A stretch of DNA of 64,000 bases from Vicinamibacterales bacterium (GCA_050187355.1 JBFWXO010000006.1:118584-182583), one strand, 5' to 3'. Numbered from the stretch's first letter, positions 10,210 to 19,968 are shown. Numbers and translations: made by a program. The notes: generated by a model not told the origin, from the letters alone.

Positions 10210-10450
10210 CGCGTTCGGGGAGGGCGCCGCGCTGGCGGCGACTGGCGGCGGTTCCGCATTCGACGCGGCCCGCTGCGAAGACGTGCTCTGTTGTGAGACG
10301 GGGATGCTAGCACCCGCCGCGTCGACGGGCCAGCCCCTACCGCTGACGTTGCATCGCCGGTACGGCAGCCGATAGGCTGAATTCAGGTCGCGGAACGAGC
10401 ACGGTTGCCCTCGACACACTGCCGTGTCGGGACGAACAGGAGGACACGCC

Positions 10451-11494
10451 ATGCACGGTGCCCTCGCTGAGGGCCGGTCGATCGACCGGGACGTCGACGG
10501 GACCCCTGACCTCCGGCCCCTCCAGGCCCACGCGGGGCGAGGCCCGGATCTCATCGGCCGATCCCGGCCGATCCGCCGGCTGTGCCGCGTGATCGCCAGG
10601 CTCGCGCCGACCGACGCCAGCGTCCTGGTCACCGGCGAAAGCGGCAGCGGAAAGGACGTGGTCGCCCGGTCCATTCACGAGCTCAGCACCGAGCGGCCCG
10701 GCGCGTTCCTGCCCGTGAACTGCGCCGCCATCTCGCCGCACCTGATGGAGAGCGAGCTCTTCGGCCACGAGCGCGGGAGCTTCACCGGCGCCGATCGGCG
10801 GCACCGGGGATGCTTCGAGCGGGCCAGCGGCGGCACGCTCTTCCTCGACGAGGTGACCGAGATGCCCCCGGGCCTGCAGGCGAAGCTGCTCCGGGTGCTC
10901 GAGACGGGCACCTTCACGCGCGTCGGCGGCGAGGCGCCCGTCTCGGTGGACGTCCGCATCATCGCCTCCACCAACCGCCCGGTGCGCGACGCCCTGCACG
11001 GCGGCGCGCTGCGCGCCGACCTCTACTACCGGCTGCGGGTGTTCGAGCTGCGCGTGCCGCCGCTGCGCGAACGCCAGGAAGACATCGAGCCGCTGGCGCG
11101 CCACTTCCTCGCCGAGGTGTCGCCCGATCGCGCCAGGGCCATCACGCCGGCGGCGCTCGACCGGCTGCGGTCCTACCGGTGGCCCGGCAACGTGCGCGAG
11201 CTGCGGAACGCCGTGCAGTCGGCGGCGGTCCTCGCCGACGACGCGATCGACGTCGACGCGCTGCCCGAAGAGGTGTGCGCGGGGGGCGACGGTCCGGCCG
11301 CGCGCGCGACCGGCCCCGACGGCGCGGAGGTGGTGTCGATTCCCGTGGGCACCTCGCTGCGAGACGCCGAGCACCGGGTGATCGCGGCTACGCTGCGCAG
11401 GCAGCAGGGGAACAAGGTGGAGGCGGCGGCGATCCTGGGCATCAGCCTGAAGACGCTGTACAACCGCCTCCATCGCTACGAGCTGCAGTCCTGA
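10451..11494 (+). CDS. Sigma54-dependent Fis-family activator (AAA+ and HTH only, no N-terminal sensor)
   Basis: GESGSGKD Walker A, ESELFGHERGSFTGA, LFLDE, WPGNVREL, C-terminal HTH; SD AGGAGG. Confidence 0.93.
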   Translation: MHGALAEGRSIDRDVDGTPDLRPLQAHAGRGPDLIGRSRPIRRLCRVIARLAPTDASVLVTGESGSGKDVVARSIHELSTERPGAFLPVNCAAISPHLMESELFGHERGSFTGADRRHRGCFERASGGTLFLDEVTEMPPGLQAKLLRVLETGTFTRVGGEAPVSVDVRIIASTNRPVRDALHGGALRADLYYRLRVFELRVPPLRERQEDIEPLARHFLAEVSPDRARAITPAALDRLRSYRWPGNVRELRNAVQSAAVLADDAIDVDALPEEVCAGGDGPAARATGPDGAEVVSIPVGTSLRDAEHRVIAATLRRQQGNKVEAAAILGISLKTLYNRLHRYELQS

Positions 11495-11523
11495 CGGCGG
11501 GTTCGACGGCCCGCCGCGCCGCC

Positions 11524-12045
11524 ATGGAGCCAGTCCTCGCGACCTTCGACGTGCCGACGGTGCTGGCGCGCCTGGTGGCGGCCCTGCTGGCGGGCGCCGT
11601 GCTGGGCCTGGACCGGGAAGTCCACCGCAAGCCGGCGGGCCTCCGTACGCTGATGCTGGTCAGCCTGGCGTCCGGCTTTCTGACGATGCTGGGCACGGCC
11701 GTGCAGGGCCCGGTGAGCGATCCGTTGAGAGTCGTGCAGGCCGTGGTGACGGGCGTCGGCTTCCTCGGCGCCGGCGTGATCCTGCGGCGCGAGGATCGAT
11801 CGTCGGTGGAGGGGCTGACCACAGCCGCGTCGATCTGGGTGGCGGCGGCCCTCGGGGTGGGATTCGGCCTGGGCGCGTTCCGGCTTTCGAGCGTCGCGCT
11901 GGGCCTGACGGCAGCCGTGCTGATGGCGGCGCGCCCGCTGGAGCGGCGGCTGCACCGGACGCGCGACGCGCGGGCGGAGCGGCGGTCCCCGCCGGGCGCG
12001 GACCCGACGGTGCGGCCCGCGCCCCGTGCGCCGCGCGAGGGCTGA
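11524..12045 (+). CDS. MgtC/SapB family membrane protein
   Basis: GLDRE..RKPAGLRT, VVTGVGFLGAG and GLTTAASIW motifs. Confidence 0.92.
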   Translation: MEPVLATFDVPTVLARLVAALLAGAVLGLDREVHRKPAGLRTLMLVSLASGFLTMLGTAVQGPVSDPLRVVQAVVTGVGFLGAGVILRREDRSSVEGLTTAASIWVAAALGVGFGLGAFRLSSVALGLTAAVLMAARPLERRLHRTRDARAERRSPPGADPTVRPAPRAPREG

Positions 12046-12054
12046 CCGAGACGA

Positions 12055-12510
12055 TCAGTCCGTCAAGGCGTCGAGGTCCACGGCGAGCACGTCGCGGATC
12101 TTGTAGTAGTCGCCTTCCACCGTGAATCCCTCGAGCGACCGCACCGACGCGCCGTGCATCGGCGCGCGAATCGTCACCAGGGCCTCGGTGTCCGCCGGCG
12201 CGGACTCGCCGGTCTGGGCCGCCGGCCAGCGCGTGTTCCAGGTGTCGATCACGGCCAGGGGCTCGACGGCCTCTGTGACCGGGCCGCGGTGCAGCCGGAA
12301 GATCGTGCCCGTGTCCGGCACGCGCTCCAGCGTGTACTCGCCCGCCGACAGCACATAGCCGCTCATGTTGAGCATGACGGCGGTCTTGAACGTGAACTCG
12401 GCCCGCTTGGTCGACGGCGCCTGCGCCGCGACGGCGCCCGCCGTCAGGAGCACCGTGCACGCCACGGCCGCGGCCAGGGCCGTTCGTAAGATGGAACGCT
12501 CGTGTTTCAC
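12055..12510 (-). CDS. Secreted hypothetical protein
   Basis: GTG start with SD AAGGAGGT; signal peptide ending AVAA-Q; LSAGEYTL motif. Confidence 0.7.
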   Translation of the reverse strand: MKHERSILRTALAAAVACTVLLTAGAVAAQAPSTKRAEFTFKTAVMLNMSGYVLSAGEYTLERVPDTGTIFRLHRGPVTEAVEPLAVIDTWNTRWPAAQTGESAPADTEALVTIRAPMHGASVRSLEGFTVEGDYYKIRDVLAVDLDALTD

Positions 12511-12538
12511 ATCGACCTCCTTTCCTGACGATCGAACC

Positions 12539-12554
12539 TGCAAGGCGCGAACCG
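12539..12554 (-). promoter_or_regulatory. Sigma54 (-24/-12) promoter
   Basis: Minus strand CGGTTC-GCGCC-TTGCA, GG-N10-GC spacing, about 30 nt before the GTG at 12510. Confidence 0.65.
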
Positions 12555-12624
12555 GCCGCCGCCTCGACCGGCGGTGTGCCGGCGCCGCCAGAGCGGACGC
12601 TGCCGGTCATCCGTGCTCACCGGG

Positions 12625-12639
12625 TTGTAAGTCCTACAA
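12625..12639. promoter_or_regulatory. Palindromic candidate enhancer (UAS) for a sigma54 activator
   Basis: TTGTA-AGTCC-TACAA inverted repeat, AT-rich, about 70 bp upstream of the -24 element. Confidence 0.55.
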
Positions 12640-12652
12640 GGCGCCGGCGGCC

Positions 12653-13081
12653 CTACTGGATGGAGACGAGCTCCAGATCGAAGTGCAGGGTCTTGCCGGC
12701 GAGACGGTGGTTGAGGTCGAGCACGACGGCCGCCGTCGAGACGTCGATGACGGTCACCGCGATCTGCTCGCCCTCGGGCGACGCCGCGAGGAGCTCGTCG
12801 CCCACGTGCGGGTCGACGCCGCCCGGAAGTTCGTCGCGGCTCACGGCCACGGTCAGCTCCGGACGATACGGCCCGTAGGCCTTGCCGGCATCCACGACGA
12901 CGTCCTGCTGCTGGCCGGGTTCCATGCCGACCAGCGCCTCCTCGACGCCGGCGATCACGCGGCCCGCGCCGAGCGTGACCTCCAGCGGCCGCCGGTGGCG
13001 GGTGGACGCGAAGACCGAGCCGTCGTCCAGGCGGCCGGTGAAGTGGACGGCGACGGTGTCACCGTGTTTCGCTGAAGCCAT
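12653..13081 (-). CDS. FKBP-type peptidyl-prolyl isomerase (SlyD/SlpA-like)
   Basis: HFTGRLDDGSVF, GVEEALVGM, AYG and DLNHRLAGKTLHF motifs; SD AGGAGG. Confidence 0.93.
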   Translation of the reverse strand: MASAKHGDTVAVHFTGRLDDGSVFASTRHRRPLEVTLGAGRVIAGVEEALVGMEPGQQQDVVVDAGKAYGPYRPELTVAVSRDELPGGVDPHVGDELLAASPEGEQIAVTVIDVSTAAVVLDLNHRLAGKTLHFDLELVSIQ

Positions 13082-13104
13082 CGGACCCTCCTGGAGGTCA
13101 CGGC

Positions 13105-13120
13105 TTCAAATCCCGGGCCA
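13105..13120 (-). promoter_or_regulatory. Sigma54-like promoter (-12 GA variant)
   Basis: Minus strand TGGCCC-GGGAT-TTGAA just upstream of the FKBP gene SD. Confidence 0.5.
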
Positions 13121-13169
13121 TGCCGCGCCCGGATTCGCCCCGCGCGTGCACGGACGGGCCGGCGGCCCG

Positions 13170-14963
13170 TCACGACGCCGCGCGCTGCTCGGCCGGCCTG
13201 GCGGTGCGCGAGAGGTTGTGCGCGGTGTTGACGAGCGCGATGTGCGAGAAGGCCTGCGGGAAATTGCCGAGCATGCGGTGCGCCACGGGGTCGTACTCCT
13301 CGGGCAGCAGGCCGACGTCGTTGGAGAGCGCCAGCAGCCGCTCGAAGAGCGAGCGGGCCTCCTGCCGCCGTCCCAGCAGCACGTAGGCGTCGGCCAGCCA
13401 GAAGCTGCAGGCCAGGAAGGCGCCCTCGCCGGGCGGCAGGCCGTCGTGGCCGGTGGAGGTGTCGTAGCGGCGCACGAGACCGTCGACGAGGAGGTCCCGC
13501 TCCACCGCGGCGATGGTGCCGGCGACGCGGGGATCGTCGGGGGGCAGGAAGCCGACGGTGGGAATCAGCAGCAGGCTGGCGTCGAGCGCCCGCGTGTCGT
13601 ACGCCTGGACGAAGCTGCCGAGCTCCGGATCGAAGCCGCGCGCGCACACCTCGGCGTGGATGGCCTCACGCGCGTCCCGCCAGGTGTCGACGGACGCCTC
13701 CAGGCCGAGCTCCTCCGCCGCGCGGATGCCGCGGTCGAAGGCGACCCACGCCATCACCTTCGAATAGGTGAAGTGGCGCCGCGGGCCCCGGACCTCCCAG
13801 ATGCCCTCGTCGGGCTCGCGCCACGCCGTCAGGAGGTGGTCGAGCATGGCGCGCTGGAACGCCCAGGCCTCGTGGTCCGCGTCCAGTCCCCCGAGCCGCC
13901 CCTGGTGCAGGGCGTCCATCACCTCGCCGTACACGTCGAGCTGCAGCTGATCGTGCGCCGCGTTGCCGATGCGCACGGGCTGGGCGCCGTCGTAGCCGCA
14001 CAGCCACGGCACGTCGTACTCGGCCAGCCGCCGCTCGCCGGCCAGGCCGTACATGATCTGGAGCTGCGACGGGGCGCCCGCGGCCGCGCGCAGGAGCCAC
14101 GCGCGCCAGCCCCCGGCCTCCTCGTAGTAGCCGGCGTTCATGAGCGCGAGCAGCGTGAGCGTGGCGTCGCGAAGCCAGCAGTACCGGTAGTCCCAGTTGC
14201 GCACGCCTCCCGCCTGTTCGGGCAGCGAGGTCGTGGGCGCCGCCACGATGCCGCCGGTCGGGGCGTAGGTGAGCGCCTTGAGCGTGATGAGCGACCGCAG
14301 GACCGTATCGCTCCACTCCCCCGTGAACCGGCAGCGCGCCGCCCAGCCGGTCCAGAACTCGATCGTGTGGGCGAGGGCGGCCTCCGGATCCACGGCTTCG
14401 GGCGGCGCGGCGTGCGAGGGCCCATAGGTCAGCACGAACGGCACCGTCTCGCCCGCCTGCACGTCGAACTCGCCCGAGTGCCTGAGCGCCTTCCCCGTCA
14501 GCGTGACCGGCGTGTGCAGCAGCACCATGTCGGGACCGGCGATGGCGCGCAGGGTCCCGTCCGGCAGGTGACTCACCCAGGGCACGGCGCTGCCGTAGTC
14601 GAAGCGCAGGACGAGCTCCGTCCGCATCCGCACCCGTCCGCGCTCGCCGCGCACCAGCCTGACCAGGTCGGAGGTCGCGCCCCGGCGCGGCATGAAGTCC
14701 ACGACCGTCACGATGCCCTCGGCCGTCTCGATGCGACGTTCGAGCACCAGCGTCCGGTCGACGTACCGGCGGGTCACCCGCGTCGCCTCCGCGACCGGCT
14801 CGATCAGCCAGCGCCCGTTCTCGGGCGTGCCCACCAGCGCGGCGAAGCAGGCGCCCGAGTCGAACCGCGGCCAGCACAGCCAGTCCACGGAGCCTCGGAG
14901 GGAGACCAGCGCGGCCGTTTCACAGTCGCCGATCAGGGCGTAGTCTTCGATGGGATCGCTCAT
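13170..14963 (-). CDS. Glycoside hydrolase family 15 (trehalase/glucoamylase-like)
   Basis: IEDYALIGD, AAPTTSLPE..GGVRNWDYRYCWLRD, QLDVYGE and GNFPQAFSH motifs. Confidence 0.95.
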   Translation of the reverse strand: MSDPIEDYALIGDCETAALVSLRGSVDWLCWPRFDSGACFAALVGTPENGRWLIEPVAEATRVTRRYVDRTLVLERRIETAEGIVTVVDFMPRRGATSDLVRLVRGERGRVRMRTELVLRFDYGSAVPWVSHLPDGTLRAIAGPDMVLLHTPVTLTGKALRHSGEFDVQAGETVPFVLTYGPSHAAPPEAVDPEAALAHTIEFWTGWAARCRFTGEWSDTVLRSLITLKALTYAPTGGIVAAPTTSLPEQAGGVRNWDYRYCWLRDATLTLLALMNAGYYEEAGGWRAWLLRAAAGAPSQLQIMYGLAGERRLAEYDVPWLCGYDGAQPVRIGNAAHDQLQLDVYGEVMDALHQGRLGGLDADHEAWAFQRAMLDHLLTAWREPDEGIWEVRGPRRHFTYSKVMAWVAFDRGIRAAEELGLEASVDTWRDAREAIHAEVCARGFDPELGSFVQAYDTRALDASLLLIPTVGFLPPDDPRVAGTIAAVERDLLVDGLVRRYDTSTGHDGLPPGEGAFLACSFWLADAYVLLGRRQEARSLFERLLALSNDVGLLPEEYDPVAHRMLGNFPQAFSHIALVNTAHNLSRTARPAEQRAAS

Positions 14964-15123
14964 CGTCCCGAGTCTTTCAGATGCCGCCCCTCGGGCGCCA
15001 CCACCCGGGGGAGACGCCGCCGTGATCGGCCTCCGTCCTGGACGGCCGCCGGTCATCCGGACGTCCGATCGCCGGGCCGACCGGGGGCGCCGGCGGCAGT
15101 ATCCTTCGACCGGGGACCCCGCC

Positions 15124-16131
15124 ATGGCTACCGACGAACAAGCGCGCCTCGCCGCCCTCCGCAGATATCGCATCCTCGATACGGAGCCCGAGCAGCGGTT
15201 CGACGACCTGACGATGCTGGCCTCGCAGATCTGCGAGACCCCGATCTCGCTCATCACGCTCATCGACGCGGACCGGCAGTGGTTCAAGTCGCGCGTGGGG
15301 CTGGACGTCGCCGAGACGGCGCGCAGCGTGGCGTTCTGCACCCACGCCATCCGGCAGGAGGGCATCCTCCAGGTGCCGGACGCGGCCGGCGACCCGCGCT
15401 TCCGCGACAATCCCTTCGTCACGGGCGAACCCAACATCCGCTTCTATGCCGGGGCGCCGCTCGTGACGCCCGACGGCCACGCGCTCGGCACGCTGTGCGT
15501 CATCGACGTGCAGCCGCGCCGCCTGTCCGACGCGCAGCTCCGCGCACTCGGCGCGCTGCGCCGGCAGGTCGAGGCGCAGCTGGAGCTCCGCCGCAACCTC
15601 GACGAGCTCGCCGGCGCCCTCGAGGCGCGCGACCAGGCGGAGCGGGCCCAGGCGGCGCTGGTCGCGGGGCTCACGGCGTCGCTCGCGAAGGTGGAGAAGC
15701 TCGCGGGCCTGATGCCCTTCTGCTCCACCTGCGAGCTGAACCTCGTCATCCCGGCGACGCCCGCGTCGATCCCGGCCGTGAGCGAGGGCCTGCGACAGCT
15801 CCTGCACGGCAAGGGCTGGAGCGACGACGAGCTGATGCCCGTGGAGCTGGCGCTCGACGAGGCGCTCGCCAACGCGATCCGGCACGGGTGCAAGAACGAT
15901 CCGACCAAGCACGTGCAGTGCGTGGTGACCACCGACGCCACGGGCGGGCTCGTGATCGTGGTGCGCGATCCCGGGCCCGGGTTCGACGTCTCGGCCGTGC
16001 CGAACCCGCTGGAGGAGGGGAACCTCCTCAAGCCCAGCGGCCGCGGCGTGTTCCTGATCAATCAGCTCATGGACCGCGTGGAGTTCGCCGACGGCGGCCG
16101 CGAAGTGCTGATGCAGAAACGCCGCGCGTAG
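15124..16131 (+). CDS. GAF domain plus RsbW-like anti-sigma factor/Ser kinase (HATPase_c) fusion
   Basis: GAF (RLAALRRYRILDT...FCTHAI...IRFYAGAPL), coiled coil, then ELALDEALANAIRHG, DPGPGFD and SGRGVFLI. Confidence 0.88.
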   Translation: MATDEQARLAALRRYRILDTEPEQRFDDLTMLASQICETPISLITLIDADRQWFKSRVGLDVAETARSVAFCTHAIRQEGILQVPDAAGDPRFRDNPFVTGEPNIRFYAGAPLVTPDGHALGTLCVIDVQPRRLSDAQLRALGALRRQVEAQLELRRNLDELAGALEARDQAERAQAALVAGLTASLAKVEKLAGLMPFCSTCELNLVIPATPASIPAVSEGLRQLLHGKGWSDDELMPVELALDEALANAIRHGCKNDPTKHVQCVVTTDATGGLVIVVRDPGPGFDVSAVPNPLEEGNLLKPSGRGVFLINQLMDRVEFADGGREVLMQKRRA

Positions 16132-16150
16132 GCCGGCGGGGACCCGCGGC
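16129..16150 (+). repeat. 22-bp direct repeat, copy 1
   Basis: TAGGCCGGCGGGGACCCGCGGC; 21/22 identical to 19043-19064. Confidence 0.45.
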
Positions 16151-16155
16151 TTCGG

Positions 16156-16917
16156 TCAGGAGGTCCTGTCGCCTCCGCCCCGCAGCATGTTCATCAGCTC
16201 GATCGGCAGCGGGAAGATGATCGTGGAGTTCTTCTCGGCCGCGATCTCGGTCAGCGTCTGCAGGTAGCGGAGGGTCAGGGCCACGGGCTCGGCCGCGATC
16301 ACGGCCGCCGCCTGCGACAGCTCCTGCGACGCCTGGAGCTCGCCGCCGGCGTGGATGATCTTCGCGCGCTTCTCGCGCTCGGCCTCGGCCTGTCGCGCCA
16401 TGGCCCGCTGCATGTTCTCGGGCAGGTCCACGTGCTTGACCTCCACCGCCGACACCTTGACGCCCCACGGGTCCGTGCGCTGGTCGAGGATCTGCTGCAG
16501 CTCGTGGTTCAGGTGATCGCGCTTGGACAGGAGGTCGTCCAGGTTGACCTGCCCGAGCACGCTCCGGAGCGTGGTCTGCGAGAGCTGCGACGTGGCGTAG
16601 TGGTAGTTCTCCACCTCCACGACCGCCTTCACGGGGTCCATCACCCGGAAGTACACGACGGCGTTGACCTTGACGGAGACGTTGTCGCCCGTGATCACGT
16701 CCTGCGGCGGCACGTCGAGCACCACGGTCCGGAGTCCCACCCTGACCATCCGGTCGATGGGCACGAGCACCAGGACCAGGCCGGGGCCCTTCGGCATGGG
16801 CAGGAGCTTGCCGAGGCGGAAGATCACGCCGCGCTCGTACTCCGCCAGGATCTTGATGGAATTCACGAGGTACAGCGCGAGGAACACGAGCACCACGAGC
16901 AGCGGGGATATCAGCAT
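16156..16917 (-). CDS. SPFH/stomatin (slipin) family protein
   Basis: [25 protein letters not shown] and [11 protein letters not shown] motifs; downstream of nfeD. Confidence 0.95.
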   Translation of the reverse strand: MLISPLLVVLVFLALYLVNSIKILAEYERGVIFRLGKLLPMPKGPGLVLVLVPIDRMVRVGLRTVVLDVPPQDVITGDNVSVKVNAVVYFRVMDPVKAVVEVENYHYATSQLSQTTLRSVLGQVNLDDLLSKRDHLNHELQQILDQRTDPWGVKVSAVEVKHVDLPENMQRAMARQAEAEREKRAKIIHAGGELQASQELSQAAAVIAAEPVALTLRYLQTLTEIAAEKNSTIIFPLPIELMNMLRGGGDRTS

Positions 16918-16928
16918 GGTCGGACCCT

Positions 16929-18257
16929 TCAGTCCTTGCGGACGTGGAGATGCAGGCCGTCCACGCGCGTGACGCGGACGCGGCTGCCTGACGGGATCGG
17001 TTCGGGGGCGGTGGCGCGCCAGAGCTCGCCGTGGGTGGAGACGAGGCCCCGCTCGCCGTCGATCGGCTCGACCGCGATGCCGGACTCGCCAACCATGGCG
17101 GACGCGCCGGTGGCCGGCGGCCGGAGCTGCGCCCTCAGCGCCAGCCGCGCCATCACCACGGCGAAGGTCGTGAAGGTCAGCACCACCGGCAGCACGAGGC
17201 GCAGCTGCAGCTGCAGTTCCGGCAAGGGGGAGTCCACGAGGATCATGGAGCCGAAGACCAGGGCCAGGACGCCGCCGGCGGTCAGCAGGCCGAAGCTCGT
17301 GACCTTGATCTCGAGCACGAGCAGGAGCAGGCCGAAGAAGAGCAGCAGCACGCCGGCGATGTTCACGGGCAGCACCGAGAAGGCATAGAAGGCGAGCAGC
17401 AGGCACAGGCCGCCGACGATGCCGGGGACGATCGCGCCGGGGTTCCAGAGCTCGATCGTGATTGCCAGCGTCCCGAGGCTCATCAGGAGGTAGGCGACCG
17501 TCGGGTTGGCGATGGTGCTGAGGACGCGCTGCCGCAGGGTCATCTCGATGTCCACCACGGTGGCGCCGGCGGTGTGCAGCGTGGTGGTCGTGCCGTCGAA
17601 GCGCGTCACGCTCCGTCCATCGAGCTGGCGGAGCAGGTCGGGCAGATCCGGCGCCACGATATCGACGAGCGGCGGCGTCGCGCTCCTGGCCTCGTCCTCG
17701 GTGAAGGCCCGGCTCTTGGTGACGGCTTCCTCGGCGAGCGTCACGTTGCGGTGCCGGCGGGTGGCCAGCGTCCGGACGTACGCGGACACGTCCTCCGTCA
17801 TCTTCGCGGCCATCGTCTCGTCGACCTTCTGGCCGCTGCCGTCCACGGGGTGCGCCGCGCCGATGTGGGTGCCCGGCGCCATGGCCGCGATGTCGGCGGC
17901 GATGGTCAGGATGAACCCGGCCGACGCCGCGCGCGCGCCCGACGGCGCCACGAAGACGGCGACGGGCGTCTTGGCGGCCACCATGTGCGTGATGATCGCG
18001 CGCGTGGAGTCCACGAGGCCGCCCGGCGTGCGCAGCGTGAACACGACCAGGGCGGCGCCGGCCTCGTCCGCGCGATCGAGCGTCGCCGCCATGTACTCGG
18101 CGGACACCGGCTGGATGATGCTGTCCACGACGGCGGAGTAGACGACGGGCGCCTCCGCCTGGACCGTATGGGACGCGAACGGGCCCTCAGGCGTGAGGGC
18201 CAGTCCGAGGACGAGCGCCACGCTTCCGGTGAATCTCCGCGCCAGGCAGGCATTCAC
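16929..18257 (-). CDS. nfeD: NfeD family membrane-bound serine protease (long form)
   Basis: [11 protein letters not shown] and IGAAHPV motifs, TM region, C-terminal GELWRA OB-fold; paired with stomatin; GTG start with SD. Confidence 0.93.
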   Translation of the reverse strand: MNACLARRFTGSVALVLGLALTPEGPFASHTVQAEAPVVYSAVVDSIIQPVSAEYMAATLDRADEAGAALVVFTLRTPGGLVDSTRAIITHMVAAKTPVAVFVAPSGARAASAGFILTIAADIAAMAPGTHIGAAHPVDGSGQKVDETMAAKMTEDVSAYVRTLATRRHRNVTLAEEAVTKSRAFTEDEARSATPPLVDIVAPDLPDLLRQLDGRSVTRFDGTTTTLHTAGATVVDIEMTLRQRVLSTIANPTVAYLLMSLGTLAITIELWNPGAIVPGIVGGLCLLLAFYAFSVLPVNIAGVLLLFFGLLLLVLEIKVTSFGLLTAGGVLALVFGSMILVDSPLPELQLQLRLVLPVVLTFTTFAVVMARLALRAQLRPPATGASAMVGESGIAVEPIDGERGLVSTHGELWRATAPEPIPSGSRVRVTRVDGLHLHVRKD

Positions 18258-18379
18258 GGGAGGTCCTCGACCTGAGTCGAGTATATAGAAAGGGGCGGCT
18301 CGACCGGCCAGTTTCGGAGGGACCCATGCGACAGCGTCGGCGTGCACCGCGCGCGATCCCGCGATTCGACGGCCGGGCG

Positions 18380-19045
18380 ATGCTGGCCGCGGCGCTCGTC
18401 GCGCTCCTGGCCGCCGCGCCGGCCCGCGCTCAGGCCGTGCCGTGCACGGGCACGGGGCCGGCGAGCGAGGCCACGCCGGCCGAGGTCGAGGCGTACGTCA
18501 AGGCGCAGGGCAAGCGGGTGCTGACCTTCGTCGGCTACTCGGGCGCCGAGTACGAGAACCAGGCCCTCATGCTGGTCGCGGCGCGATCGGCCCTGACGTC
18601 GCACGACCCCAGGGCGACGATCGTCAACATCGGCGCCACCATCGAAGGGATCGGCGCCGTGTACGAACTGGCCCGCACGCTCGGCTTCGCGACCATGGGC
18701 ATCGTCTCCACGCAGGCGCGGGACACCAAGGCGACGCTGTCCCCGTGCGTGGACCGTGTGTTCTTCATCCGCGACCAGACCTGGGGCGGGCTCCTCGAGG
18801 GCCAGCAGCGGCTCTCGCCGACGTCGGCCGCGATGGTGGCCGTCAGCGACGAGGTGCTGGCCATCGGCGGCGGCGACGTCTCGCGGGACGAGCTGGCGGG
18901 GGCGGAGCGCGCGGGCAGGAAGACGTCGTTCGTGCCCGCGGACATGAACCACGAGATCGCCCGCGCCCGCGCGAAGCGGCGCGGCGAGCCCGAACCCACC
19001 GACTTCGCCGGGCCGGTGGCGGCGGCCCGGCGCCAGCGGCGCTAG
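18380..19045 (+). CDS. Hypothetical secreted protein with SLOG-like (LOG/DprA Rossmann) fold
   Basis: Signal peptide ending ARA-Q; motifs LTFVGYSG, IVNIGAT..GIG, TMGIV and SDEVLAIGGG....E...A...GRK. Confidence 0.6.
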   Translation: MLAAALVALLAAAPARAQAVPCTGTGPASEATPAEVEAYVKAQGKRVLTFVGYSGAEYENQALMLVAARSALTSHDPRATIVNIGATIEGIGAVYELARTLGFATMGIVSTQARDTKATLSPCVDRVFFIRDQTWGGLLEGQQRLSPTSAAMVAVSDEVLAIGGGDVSRDELAGAERAGRKTSFVPADMNHEIARARAKRRGEPEPTDFAGPVAAARRQRR

Positions 19046-19064
19046 GGCGGCGGGGACCCGCGGC
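19043..19064 (+). repeat. 22-bp direct repeat, copy 2
   Basis: TAGGGCGGCGGGGACCCGCGGC; like copy 1, begins at a TAG stop in a convergent intergenic gap. Confidence 0.45.
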
Positions 19065-19092
19065 GGGCGGGCCCCCGGCGGCCGCGGCCGGA

Positions 19093-19968
19093 TCAGGCCA
19101 GCGCGGTCTTGAACAGCACGAGCAGCCGCGACCAGGCGCGCTCGGCCTGCTTCTCGTTGTAGACGGCCGAGTCCGGCGGGCACCAGCCGTGCGCGGCGCC
19201 GGCGTAGACCTCGATCTCGGCCGGCAGCTTCGCCTTCGCGAACGTCTCCTTCAGCACGTCCTTCGCGGTCGGGTCGCGCTGGTCGTCGTTCTCGGCCACG
19301 CAGAACAGGAACGACGCCTTCATCCTGGGCACGAGCAGGTGCGGGCTGTCCGCGTCCTTCGTCACCAGTCCGCCGCCGTGGAACGAGCCGCCCGCGCCGA
19401 CGCGGTCCGGCACGGCCGCCGCCGTCCGCATCACGATGGGCCCGCCCATGCAGTAGCCGGTCGTCCCGATCTTCCTGTTCTTGTCGACGGCCGCCTGCGC
19501 GTCCAGCCAGGCCACGAAGGCCCGCGCGTCGGTCATGTGCGTGGTGGGGTTGATGCTCTGCGCCAGCGGCATCACGATGTCGCGCGTCTTCTGGTCCGCG
19601 AAGCTGGCGCCGGCCGGCACCACCGGCGCCTTCGCCTTGCGGTAGAACGGGTTCACGACCAGCACCGAGTAGCCGGACTCGGCCAGCCGCTTGCCCATCT
19701 GCCGGAACGCCGGCCGCAGCCCCAGGATGTCCGGCCACACGATGACCCCGGCGTGCGCGCCGCTGGCGGGATGGACGAAGTAGCAGTCGGCGGTGCCGTC
19801 GGGCGTCGTGACGTTGACGTCCTGCTCGGTGACGGCCTGGGCATCGGCCGCGCGCGGCAGGGTGAGCAGCAGGCCCGCGCCCACGGACGCCGCGCCGAAC
19901 TGGCGGCGGGTGAGATGCGGGAAGCGGGCGTAGTTCTCGAGGTCATGTTCGAAGTTCTCGTCGCACAT
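19093..19968 (-). CDS. Dienelactone hydrolase family protein, Tat-exported
   Basis: TRRQF signal; GYCMGG nucleophile; AEND; HGW. Confidence 0.93.
   Translation of the reverse strand: MCDENFEHDLENYARFPHLTRRQFGAASVGAGLLLTLPRAADAQAVTEQDVNVTTPDGTADCYFVHPASGAHAGVIVWPDILGLRPAFRQMGKRLAESGYSVLVVNPFYRKAKAPVVPAGASFADQKTRDIVMPLAQSINPTTHMTDARAFVAWLDAQAAVDKNRKIGTTGYCMGGPIVMRTAAAVPDRVGAGGSFHGGGLVTKDADSPHLLVPRMKASFLFCVAENDDQRDPTAKDVLKETFAKAKLPAEIEVYAGAAHGWCPPDSAVYNEKQAERAWSRLLVLFKTALA

Noticed and set aside
11496-11517. GGTTCGA suggesting a tRNA T-arm
   Set aside because: Only a short GC hairpin in a 29-bp gap; no cloverleaf
14985-15000. Sigma54 promoter for the GH15 gene (TGGCGC-N5-GGGCG, minus strand)
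   Set aside because: The -12 element is too poor; expected by chance at this GC content
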